Below are positions 8,928 to 18,300 of a stretch of DNA of 27,706 nt, one piece after another (position 1 is the stretch's first letter; each line of letters starts with the position of its first letter). Both the position numbers and the translations under genes were made by a program. The stretch comes from a virus (taxonomy: Duplodnaviria > Caudoviricetes), in the IMG/VR virus record IMGVR_UViG_3300044709_000009, positions 1-27,706 of that record. One strand, written 5' to 3'. The notes under the pieces are model-generated. The model ran no database searches. It had not been told where the DNA came from and saw only the letters and a list, made by a program, of their open reading frames with translations.

Positions 8928-9475
8928 AGATCACTGTTCGTCAGGTAGAAACACCGCGCGATAGTGTGGACATTGAAGATGTCGCCACGCATGCGAGTAA
9001 TGAGCACGGCTGTGGTCGCGAGTTTGATCCTCGTGCTATCGGTAGGCATGTGTTCTATGCCGTTAAGGACCCCGAGAGGAAACACATCAACGGGTGGGTT
9101 GCATACGACACAGATGGTAAACCTGTTGGGTACTTAGTCGCAACGATGCGTGAGAGCATGTACAGCTTCAGGTCTTACGCCATACAGGAGATGTGGTATG
9201 TGTTGCCACACGCACGCAAATCGTTCGCAGGTTTGATGCTACTACACGCGTTCGACAAATGGGCGACAGAACGCAACGCGGAGAGGATATACATGCAGGT
9301 TGAACACGATCAAGATGACAAACTCATCGAGCGCGTGTTCAGGCTGATGGAGAGCATGGGCTACAGGAAGCAAGGCTACATCGGTGTTAAGGTACTAGAC
9401 GGCAACAAGGAGAAGGATACAAGTCATGATCGCACCGCACATCGCGCAGTGGGCGCTGAACAAGCGCAACACTAG
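8924..9475 (+). CDS. GNAT-family acetyltransferase
   Basis: 183 aa with GNAT-like elements: VAYDTDGKPVGYL, EMWYVLPHARKSFAGLMLLHAFDKWA (motif A-like) and RLMESMGY. It precedes the ejection-protein genes, as in many podoviruses. Confidence 0.75.
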   Translation: MKITVRQVETPRDSVDIEDVATHASNEHGCGREFDPRAIGRHVFYAVKDPERKHINGWVAYDTDGKPVGYLVATMRESMYSFRSYAIQEMWYVLPHARKSFAGLMLLHAFDKWATERNAERIYMQVEHDQDDKLIERVFRLMESMGYRKQGYIGVKVLDGNKEKDTSHDRTAHRAVGAEQAQH

Positions 9476-10538
9476 CGACCACGCGCATGTCGTGGTTGCT
9501 ACTCACATCAACAACATCAACGACAAGCCTAAGAAGGCCGAAGTTGATGACACTATACCTGTGTTAGAGACAAAGGGTGGTGGTGGATATCAGCCACCTC
9601 CACAGCCTACCGCACTTGAGCAAGCGCAAGCTCGTGACTGGGAAGCGCAACAGGAAGACGTACGTGAGACACGTCGTGAAGAGAAAGCTGCTGAGAAGGA
9701 AGAGGACAAGAAGGCGATTAGTGATGCTGCGTGGTTGAGCAGTAAGAACGCTGCGTATGGTGGTGCTAAGAGTGGTGCTGCTTCGCGGCTGAATGCACTA
9801 GGCATCGGCGCAGGTGATCAGTACGGCGTGTGGGATCAAGTCAATAACAGGTATGATACAGCTAATGCAGGGCTGCAGACTGGTGCCGACTACAGCGGTG
9901 CTTTCAACTCTAGCATCGTGGATGAGATACTTGGTTCTGCTAGGACAGGACAGAGGAACAAGTACGGCACAGCATTCTCTAGTGCGATCTCACCGTACTT
10001 TGCAGAGGAACAGTTCGGCTCTACGTCAGACGATGCTATCCTCGCGAGCATTCTCGATCAGCAGTACTCAGATGCGATGACTGATCTGCAAGCATCACGC
10101 GCACGTGGTAGCACCAATGAAGCGACATACAATCGTGCGCTACGTGACCTCGACAGGACCAAGGCAACAGCGAACACAGATTTGCAGAACATCGGCCGTG
10201 GTGTGTTGGAGGATATTACAGGCGACATCGGCACGCGTCGCCAAGGTTCGTTGGATCAAGCAGCTAACTGGGACTTCGGCACAACTTACGACCCGACTGC
10301 AGAAGCTAACCGCATTCGTAGCTACGCTGATGAACGTCGTGCTGGGCTTGAAGGTGAGTTGCGTGGTGCAGTGGGTGGTAGGGAGTTCTTTGACGTCAAC
10401 TCGCTACTTGGTAAAGCTGCTGCGAAGGTTGGTAATCAGTCAACTGGCACAACTGGCACCTCTGCACTCTACGACACGTTCGAGAACGAAGCTACACGTG
10501 CGAATGAGAACGTGCGTGCGAACGAAGGTACGTTCTAA
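9426..10538 (+). CDS. Putative internal virion (ejection) protein
   Basis: 370 aa, Ala/Gly/Gln-rich and helical, with KGGGG near the N-terminus. First of four genes in the ejection-protein position. The start is uncertain (50-nt overlap with the GNAT gene). Confidence 0.55.
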   Translation: MIAPHIAQWALNKRNTSDHAHVVVATHINNINDKPKKAEVDDTIPVLETKGGGGYQPPPQPTALEQAQARDWEAQQEDVRETRREEKAAEKEEDKKAISDAAWLSSKNAAYGGAKSGAASRLNALGIGAGDQYGVWDQVNNRYDTANAGLQTGADYSGAFNSSIVDEILGSARTGQRNKYGTAFSSAISPYFAEEQFGSTSDDAILASILDQQYSDAMTDLQASRARGSTNEATYNRALRDLDRTKATANTDLQNIGRGVLEDITGDIGTRRQGSLDQAANWDFGTTYDPTAEANRIRSYADERRAGLEGELRGAVGGREFFDVNSLLGKAAAKVGNQSTGTTGTSALYDTFENEATRANENVRANEGTF

Positions 10539-10545
10539 CACACAC

Positions 10546-10562
10546 GTTATACACTGTATAGC
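10546..10562. promoter_or_regulatory. 17-bp palindromic site, copy 2
   Basis: GTTATACA-C-TGTATAGC, intergenic, 17 nt upstream of ATG 10580. Confidence 0.75.
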
Positions 10563-10579
10563 GGCGTAGGACTACACCT

Positions 10580-11620
10580 ATGATGGACATGGGCATCGGC
10601 AGCATCATTAGCGGCGGCTTAGGCTTCGCTGGCGCTATGATGCAAGCTGAAGAGCAAGCTGAAACTCGCGACATGAATTGGGCTGTCGCGATCATGAACT
10701 ACCAACAGCGTGAACGTGAACGCGCTGAAGCTATTGCAATGGCGTTGAAGCAGCGTAAGGAGCAACAGCTTGGTAGTACAGACATACGCGGTACAAGGAC
10801 GAAGTTCGTACCCGGTCAAGGGTGGGTTACTACAGGTGCTCCTGACGTACTAGACATGATGAAGCTCCAAGACGCGGAGCAGAAGAAGGTACTACAACAC
10901 GATCTACCGCAGCGTAGGCAAGTTGCAGATCGCAACTACGTGCGTGGTTTGCAGGATGAAGGCACTGCTGACACGTTGAAGAGGATGTTCGTCAATGCGC
11001 TTGCACCTGCGAAGAGTGATGAAGGTTATGCGAATGACCTGTATCAGGCGCAGGCTATGGGGCTACGTGAAGCAAGCGCAGATGCTGGTCGTCGTGCATG
11101 GACGCAAGCTATGCGTACGCAGCAGAACAGCAATTTCGATGAGATAGCTTCAGGTATGCAGCGTGAGAGCAACCGCGCATACGCCAACGCTGCACTACAG
11201 GCGAAGTTGATGTCACGTGGTGTTGGTGAGAAGGAGAGACAGGGTAAGTTGAGTAGTCTGTCTAACCTGTACAACATGTTCGCAACGCGTGCTGGTCAAT
11301 TGCCTGAGACCAACTACAGACCACAAACACTCGACACCAAGGGTACATTAGACCAGTCGATGGCTGGTGGCTTGCAGACAGGTAATGCTGCGATTGCTGC
11401 ACTTGGTAAGAAGGGCGGGGAGCTTGACTATCTGTCGCCACTCACAGGCTACGGCAACGCTGTTGCTGGGTTGGGTAGTTCGCTGGGTAGTGCATTCAAT
11501 CGCATGGGTGCGCAGAAAGCGTATGAAGACAGCCGTGGTGGTGTAACTGGGTTCGGTGGTAGTGGTAGTTACAATCAAGGTGACATGTATCTTGATGAAG
11601 AACGTGGCGCTGTTGGATAG
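10580..11620 (+). CDS. Putative internal virion (ejection/DNA transfer) protein
   Basis: 346 aa. Gly-rich hydrophobic N-terminus (MGIGSIISGGLGFAGAMM), a Gln/Ala helical body and a Gly-rich C-terminus, as is typical of podovirus ejection proteins. Confidence 0.6.
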   Translation: MMDMGIGSIISGGLGFAGAMMQAEEQAETRDMNWAVAIMNYQQRERERAEAIAMALKQRKEQQLGSTDIRGTRTKFVPGQGWVTTGAPDVLDMMKLQDAEQKKVLQHDLPQRRQVADRNYVRGLQDEGTADTLKRMFVNALAPAKSDEGYANDLYQAQAMGLREASADAGRRAWTQAMRTQQNSNFDEIASGMQRESNRAYANAALQAKLMSRGVGEKERQGKLSSLSNLYNMFATRAGQLPETNYRPQTLDTKGTLDQSMAGGLQTGNAAIAALGKKGGELDYLSPLTGYGNAVAGLGSSLGSAFNRMGAQKAYEDSRGGVTGFGGSGSYNQGDMYLDEERGAVG

Positions 11621-11627
11621 GTGACGT

Positions 11628-14600
11628 ATGCCTCGTGTTATCCCTAGCGGCGGCAGTGATCAGACTGCGTTCTTCATGGCGAGGAATGCTGCGGCTGATG
11701 ATGCGCTTACTAGACTGTACTTGACGCTGCTGGCACGCAAGGAGGATCGTGAACGTAATGAAGCACTGCAACGCGAGTTGTTAGGCACACGTCATGGCAA
11801 CCGTATGCAGGAGTTGGAGTACATCTATGGGCCACGTGGTCCTGCGAATGGACCTACTGCACATCCATTCGGTAGTCCCGGTGCGCAAGGTGATCCACTA
11901 GCTAAACCAGCTACACCACAAGCAGCACCACAAGCGCCATTGCCACCTAGACCTGGTGATCCGCCTGTTGGTGGGTTCTTACCGGGTGCCGGTGCTGCAC
12001 CTAGTACAAATGCATTCACACCTACATCAGGTAGCGTGAGCAATCCGTCACCTGTTGGCCCACAAACGAGTGCTGATGATCAGCTACCACCTAATGCACG
12101 CATGGCTGCTGGTGTGTTGCCTGCTGGTGGCGTGAGTGAGTTCAGTGCGCAGTCTAAACCTGTACCATTGCCGGGACAGCGTAAGGCGAATGCGCAAGAA
12201 CCCGGCACGATGAAGTATCAATACCCACAGAAGCGACCCACAAGGGGACCAGCAGAGTTTCAAGAGATGCATCCGTATTGGGTGCAGAAGATGGATGAAG
12301 CTGAGGACAAGTACAAGATACCCAAAGGCACGTTGCTTGCGTTGTACGGATATGAGAACGCTGGCGGTGCGATGTTGGGTAGGAATGGTGCAGGTAGTGC
12401 TGAGGGGATATTTCAATTCACTAAACAACTGCGTGATCAGTACGGGATTTCAGATCAAGACATCATGAACCCTGCTGTGATGATTGAAGCTGCTGCTAAG
12501 AACTTAAGACACAACGCGAATGCGTATAAGCAACTATCAGGACAAGACCTGCCGAATGATCCACGCGCGGTGCCGTATTGGATCGCACTACATCAGTGGG
12601 GTGCGACAGATGGGAGTAGACTAGTACACGCGCATCGCAGTGAGAGCGGCCACATGCCTGCTGCTGATGTGATGTTGAAGACACCTAAGCGTGACAACTA
12701 TTCGACGCTGGTGAACAACGGCATACCGGGGCATGCGCGTGTTGATGATGTGCTAGGTCGCATCATGGAGAAAGCGTTGCCGTGGTTTGATAGTGGTATC
12801 AAACTGCGTACGTCGATGGGACAAGGTGATGCGGGTGCAGCACCTAGACCACCTGCTGATGTGCCAAACACAGGAGGCAGTACTGGTAGCAACGTCCCTT
12901 TCCCCAGTTCGGGGACGACGACCCAGAACGGGAGGACGATAGCGCCTCCAGACCACCCCAGTATTAACGGTGTTAATCCACGATTGGTAGCTGCTGTGCG
13001 TGGTGGTGCTGCTATGGCACTGCCACCGGGTTATGCGGTTAGAGCTACATCAGGTCATCGTCCCGGTGACACAGGTAGTCATCACGCTAAAGGCAATGCG
13101 AGTGACTGGCAGATATACAAGCCCAATGGTGAACCTATTCCGCATACGGGGGATGATACTACGGGGCTATACACACGCATGGCACGCGGTGTCAAAGCGT
13201 GGGTGCTTGAGAACGACCCTGCATTAGCTGATCGCATTGGCTATGGTGGTGCATTCGACAAGAGTAGAGGTAGTCTGACAGGTGTGCCGGATTTGATGCA
13301 TTATGATCTAGGTGGTGCTAATCGTGGTCAGTTGCGACCTGATGTGATGTTCTCTAAGTTGACACCATTGGCACCTAACGAACGCAATGCACCTATACCC
13401 GGTCAACCACAGCAAGCACAACAGCCACAACGTGTTGCATCAACACAGCCGCAAGCATATCCGCCGCTTAAACCGAGTGAGGCGTTTAGTCCACTACGTA
13501 AGCAACAGCCAGCGGGTGTTGTTGATCCTGCTACACAGTTTGGAGTTAAGCCTGTAGGTACGATTGGGCAGGGTACGACGTTTGGAGATATACAACATAC
13601 AACGCCACGCAGGCGGTTCAACGAAGCTCCGCAAGTTGCAACACCTCCTGAAGTAGCACCAGCTACAGCAACACCAGCACCACCTACGAACGTGCTACCT
13701 CCGGGGTGGAAGTACGGCACACTCAGCAACGGTGCGCCGTTCTTCAAGCTGCCTGATGGTAGTGTGCAGTTAGCACCTAAAGGGTACAAGCCACCATCAA
13801 GTACGCCAGTTGAGCCGCCTCCTGTAGCTATGCCACAAGGTGCAGGGTCGTTGGCTATAGCATCGCAAGGTAGGAACGCCGAGCGTATGGCTGAGCAGAT
13901 GGCTCCTGCTATACCTATACCACGACCTAGACCAAGTGAATTAGAACCTCGATATATCTACAAGCCGTATATAGGTGGCGCACCTATACCACAACCAAGA
14001 CCTCCAGAAGCGCCGATGCGCGGCGATGTACCTATACCACAACCGCGGCCGATTGAGGCTGATGCCGGTGTGCCTGTGCCTATGTACAACACAGGTGTAG
14101 GTGACAAGGTGCCGTTCCAATCGCCGGGTGAGATGCCACAAGGTAAGTTGCCTAAGGGACAGTTCCCAGATGATCCGAGTTGGTTCAGCATCACACCACG
14201 TGGACATGTGCCAGAGCCTGATGTGGTACCAACACCAGCACCGCCGCCTAATGTAGCACAACAACAAGTACCCACACCGACGCCGCAGCCGTTGGCGTTA
14301 GGACGTGATGTAGTGCCGCCTGCTGATCTACCTGATGCGTCGTCACAACAGGCGGGTAGTGTTGAGCCGTATGATCCTAATGCTGATCCACTGCCGTTGC
14401 CTGAGTTGCCACCTATACAACAGGCTGATGTGCGGCCTGAGGATGCTGAACTATACACAGGTCCAGCATCGACAGCAGCGCCGACGCCTATGCGTGATGC
14501 TAACGACGCATCCGCTGGTGTGAGTGGTATGCAGCCGTTCTCAATGCCTGCGCCGAATGTGAATGGTAGTACACAAGGATGGAAGCCATACAACGCAACA

Positions 14601-15383
14601 CCGCCAGAGATGCCCAACGTTGCGAACGTCGAACGCAAGTTGGACTTGTCACTAGCTCCACCTGTAAAGCCGGGCGAACCTGATCCCAATTCGTGGATCA
14701 ATGATTTGTATAGGAAGTACATCGACAACGGTAGACCTGACACGCGTAGTCAGTATCGCGCACCACTGCCGCAGATGTTGCGTGATCCATTCAATCCACC
14801 GCTAAGACGACCTAATGAACCTACTACACCATCAGCACCAGCACCAACACCACCACCAGCGGCAACGCCTGAAGCAGCTAGACAGACGCAGTTCATGGCT
14901 GCGATGCAAGAGTGGGCAGCACAGAAGAGCCAAGCTGTACGTGATGCATGGAAGACAGGTGAACCGACTGGATTGGATATAGCGTATAAGCAGTTCTACG
15001 ATTGGTACTATGGACCTAAGAGTGTGAAGACTGAGGCGATTGGTGTGCCTAAGACAACCACACCTACGACGTTGAGCAAGCCTAACAACCCAATGGCAAC
15101 AGGCATACCACTACCGAAGCAGCCACCGTTGGTGTTGATACCTAACAAGGGCACAAACACGCCAGCGTTTAGCGGACCCGTGGTGGGTGCGCCTGATAGT
15201 GGAGGTGCCAAAGTGATGCCGGGAGGTGGTGTTGTTGCGCCACCTATTGGTACAGGTGGAAGTGCGAAACCTCCCGGCGTTCCTAAGGTAGCTGATCCTA
15301 GTTCACCAACAGGTTACAAGTATCTGACACCTGAAGAGGCTGCACAACTACCGCCTGTTGTAGAAGAGCAACCTGTTGAATAG
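11628..15383 (+). CDS. Large Pro-rich internal virion protein with lytic transglycosylase and M15 peptidase-like domains
   Basis: 1251 aa. SLT-like: KYKIPKGTLLALYGYEN...AEGIFQF. M15-like: SGHR...SHHAKGNASD (SxHxxGxAxD)...DLMHYD. Long Pro-rich low-complexity regions. Confidence 0.7.
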   Translation: MPRVIPSGGSDQTAFFMARNAAADDALTRLYLTLLARKEDRERNEALQRELLGTRHGNRMQELEYIYGPRGPANGPTAHPFGSPGAQGDPLAKPATPQAAPQAPLPPRPGDPPVGGFLPGAGAAPSTNAFTPTSGSVSNPSPVGPQTSADDQLPPNARMAAGVLPAGGVSEFSAQSKPVPLPGQRKANAQEPGTMKYQYPQKRPTRGPAEFQEMHPYWVQKMDEAEDKYKIPKGTLLALYGYENAGGAMLGRNGAGSAEGIFQFTKQLRDQYGISDQDIMNPAVMIEAAAKNLRHNANAYKQLSGQDLPNDPRAVPYWIALHQWGATDGSRLVHAHRSESGHMPAADVMLKTPKRDNYSTLVNNGIPGHARVDDVLGRIMEKALPWFDSGIKLRTSMGQGDAGAAPRPPADVPNTGGSTGSNVPFPSSGTTTQNGRTIAPPDHPSINGVNPRLVAAVRGGAAMALPPGYAVRATSGHRPGDTGSHHAKGNASDWQIYKPNGEPIPHTGDDTTGLYTRMARGVKAWVLENDPALADRIGYGGAFDKSRGSLTGVPDLMHYDLGGANRGQLRPDVMFSKLTPLAPNERNAPIPGQPQQAQQPQRVASTQPQAYPPLKPSEAFSPLRKQQPAGVVDPATQFGVKPVGTIGQGTTFGDIQHTTPRRRFNEAPQVATPPEVAPATATPAPPTNVLPPGWKYGTLSNGAPFFKLPDGSVQLAPKGYKPPSSTPVEPPPVAMPQGAGSLAIASQGRNAERMAEQMAPAIPIPRPRPSELEPRYIYKPYIGGAPIPQPRPPEAPMRGDVPIPQPRPIEADAGVPVPMYNTGVGDKVPFQSPGEMPQGKLPKGQFPDDPSWFSITPRGHVPEPDVVPTPAPPPNVAQQQVPTPTPQPLALGRDVVPPADLPDASSQQAGSVEPYDPNADPLPLPELPPIQQADVRPEDAELYTGPASTAAPTPMRDANDASAGVSGMQPFSMPAPNVNGSTQGWKPYNATPPEMPNVANVERKLDLSLAPPVKPGEPDPNSWINDLYRKYIDNGRPDTRSQYRAPLPQMLRDPFNPPLRRPNEPTTPSAPAPTPPPAATPEAARQTQFMAAMQEWAAQKSQAVRDAWKTGEPTGLDIAYKQFYDWYYGPKSVKTEAIGVPKTTTPTTLSKPNNPMATGIPLPKQPPLVLIPNKGTNTPAFSGPVVGAPDSGGAKVMPGGGVVAPPIGTGGSAKPPGVPKVADPSSPTGYKYLTPEEAAQLPPVVEEQPVE

Positions 15384-15388
15384 CACAC

Positions 15389-18300
15389 ATGCCTGTTAGC
15401 CGTGAAGAGTACATTGCACAGTATGGCATAGACCCTGAGACAGGTGCTAGTGCAGCAACTGCGCCTGCGCCTGAAGAGGGTGGCGGTGTTTGGGATCACC
15501 TTAAGGGGTTGGTAGTTGGTGCTGCGTCTGCACCTACTGACCTATACGCGTTGCCTAGTGTAGCGTTGTCAGGTGGACAGGCATTGTACAGGTCGTACGC
15601 GAATGATACGAAGTTCCTAGATGAGTTTCGCAAAGACCTACAGATTGACGACGCACAGGCGAACATACAAAAGCATCTGCAAAGTGTCGCTGATCAGTGG
15701 AAGCAACGTGATCCCAGCTTGACAGAGGAACAGATCAACTCAGGTTTGCAAGATTATACAAAGAGCAAGCAGTATGAGGACTTCACACAGGAACAGTTGA
15801 CACACTTCCCATATGTAGCTGCGAAGTGGAAGGACACTGTTCGTGGTGTGCTAGGTGACGAGAGACCTGATAGTCAGCGCAAGTGGACTGAAAGTGCTGC
15901 TGAAGTGTTAGGTGGTGCTGTCGTTGGAGGTCCGGGTGGTTGGGCTACAGGTGTTGCGAGTGCAGGGAGTAAGGTGGGAGGTATCACTGCGAAGATAGCC
16001 AACTCAGCTATCACACGCGGCGCGTTGAACACTGCTGAGATACTCACACCTGTCACTGTACCATACACGGGAGCGAACATAGCACTCAACGCGGGTGTTG
16101 GGTTGGCTATGGATCAAGGCATGCGTGCTGTACAAGGTAAGGACACTGCGTTTACACCAGAGAATGAGCACAGCGCCGGTATAGGTACGATAGCTGCAAC
16201 AGGTGTAGGTGTTGCTGGGTTCGCTGCATTCGTGGGTGCTGTTAAGGGACGCAGCGCAGCAGCTATACGCAACGCAACGCCGTCACCTACAGCGGCAGCG
16301 TTGAAGAACAACCCGACATTAGACCCGCGTGTTAGTGATCCTATCATGCCGGGTGGACCGTTGATTAGGGGTGGACCTGATCCACAGTACGGGCCACCGA
16401 GTTCGCTAGATGCTATGAACCCATTGACAGCAGCCAAGCGCAAGGGCGAAGGGTTGTTGATGGATGAAGGCGCACCTGTATATCAGGCTGTGAAGGATAT
16501 ACACGGTGCTGATGTTGCGTATGATTTAGAACTCAAGCGCATGGATGCTAGCTACGCGGTGTTGAATGACACAATACCGAGTGACGTCAGCAACGCGATG
16601 AGGAATGTACATAATCTAATCGAGGGTATGAACCCTGATGAACAAAGGGCGATGCTGAATGGGTGGTGGTTGACGAGTGATGCTGCGCAGAACAGGATTA
16701 GACATAGTGAGGCACTGGCGGAGGAGGCTGCACTACAAGCGAAGATAGCTAATCCACAAACGACGCCGCAAGGTAGGACAACAGCGACGACTAGGTTGGC
16801 AGAGTTACAGAGTGACATACAACGGTTCACGTTAGATCAACGTAGTGCGAGGCCACGTATACCTGACGTTCCTATGGTGGAAGGTCAGAACATGGCTAAT
16901 ACATTTCTCAATGACATGTCACCAAACACGGTGAAGTTTAGGAACGAAGTCAAGGCGCTCAACAAGAGCATGTTGGATTTGCAAGTGAGGTCGGGCGAGC
17001 TAAGTCAGGCTGTTGCAGATGAGATGCACAGATTGAACCCGTACTATGTACGTGCGGTGAATGACCCGTTGAAAGGTAAGACGGGTGTGTCGCGTATGTG
17101 GGAGAGTATTAGTCAAGGCATCAACAGGTCGCTTGAGCGTTCGTCTGAAGGTGCAGGTGCGAGTACGCTGCATGAAAGTCCACTGCGTCATCTAGACAAA
17201 GGCATACCACAGGAGAAACTACCCGGCGCACCAGAGACACGCATCACGCAACCGCTGGAACCGATGTCAGCAGCGCGTCAGTATGTCGAACAGGCGTATA
17301 GAAGTGCTAAGCTGGTGATGACGCGCAATGAACATATAAGACATCTAGCATGGGAGGATGGGATAGGTGCGAATGGTGTGAAGACTGCGTTCCACACAGA
17401 TGGACATATGCGGATTGTCAATGGACCTAATGGACGCGAGTGGTGGACTGGTGAGTTGTTGCGTAGTTCACAGGTCAACGACGCCATGCGCAATCCACGT
17501 GTGGTAGGTGAGTGGCAGGATGGCAAGCTGCGACTGTGGGAGTTCGGTGATCTAGCTCTTGCACAGGCATTGCGTATGGAGCCTGCGCAGTTGACCGGCA
17601 TGATGAAGATGTTGTCTGTCACCAGCAACATCATGAAGCAATTCACCACGGGTAGGTTCGCACCTTGGTTCGCGCCGTTGGGTGCGATGTACAATACGAT
17701 CATTGGTATAGCAACACGTCAACCCGGTAGAGCGTTCGGCACAGCGTCATATCTAGGACACAGGTTCTTACCGAAGTGGGCCAACAAGTTCGGACTTGAT
17801 GCACTACCTGACATCACTGTGCCATTGACGTGGCCTTATCACTTAACACGCACGATCATCGAGTTGTCTGCGTATCATATGACGCAGCCGATTGTGCAAC
17901 AGTTGATTAAGAACTCTCCGTTCGCATCGTTGCAACAGGCAGTAGGTGCGCCGCAGTTTAGCAAGATGGTCAACATGATGTTGAAGGTTGCTAGCTGGGC
18001 AGAGAACTCACCAGCAGTGTCACTACTCAAAGCGGGTGCGAGTTATGGACATCAGAGCATAGACAAGGTGCCGCTTGTACGTGGTGCGTTTCATGAGATG
18101 GCTGACAAGGTGCCCGGTGTGTTGAAGGGTGCGTGGCAGTTCTACAAGGATGGACTTGATGCTATCTATCTAGCCGACAAGCGCATGTACTATACACAGA
18201 ACTACGCGCTTCAGCATCTCAAGTACAGCAAGCTGGGCCAAGCTGTGCCGCAGTTTGAGATTGATAAGATCATACGTGAGGCGCGTGTGTTAGCTGGTGA

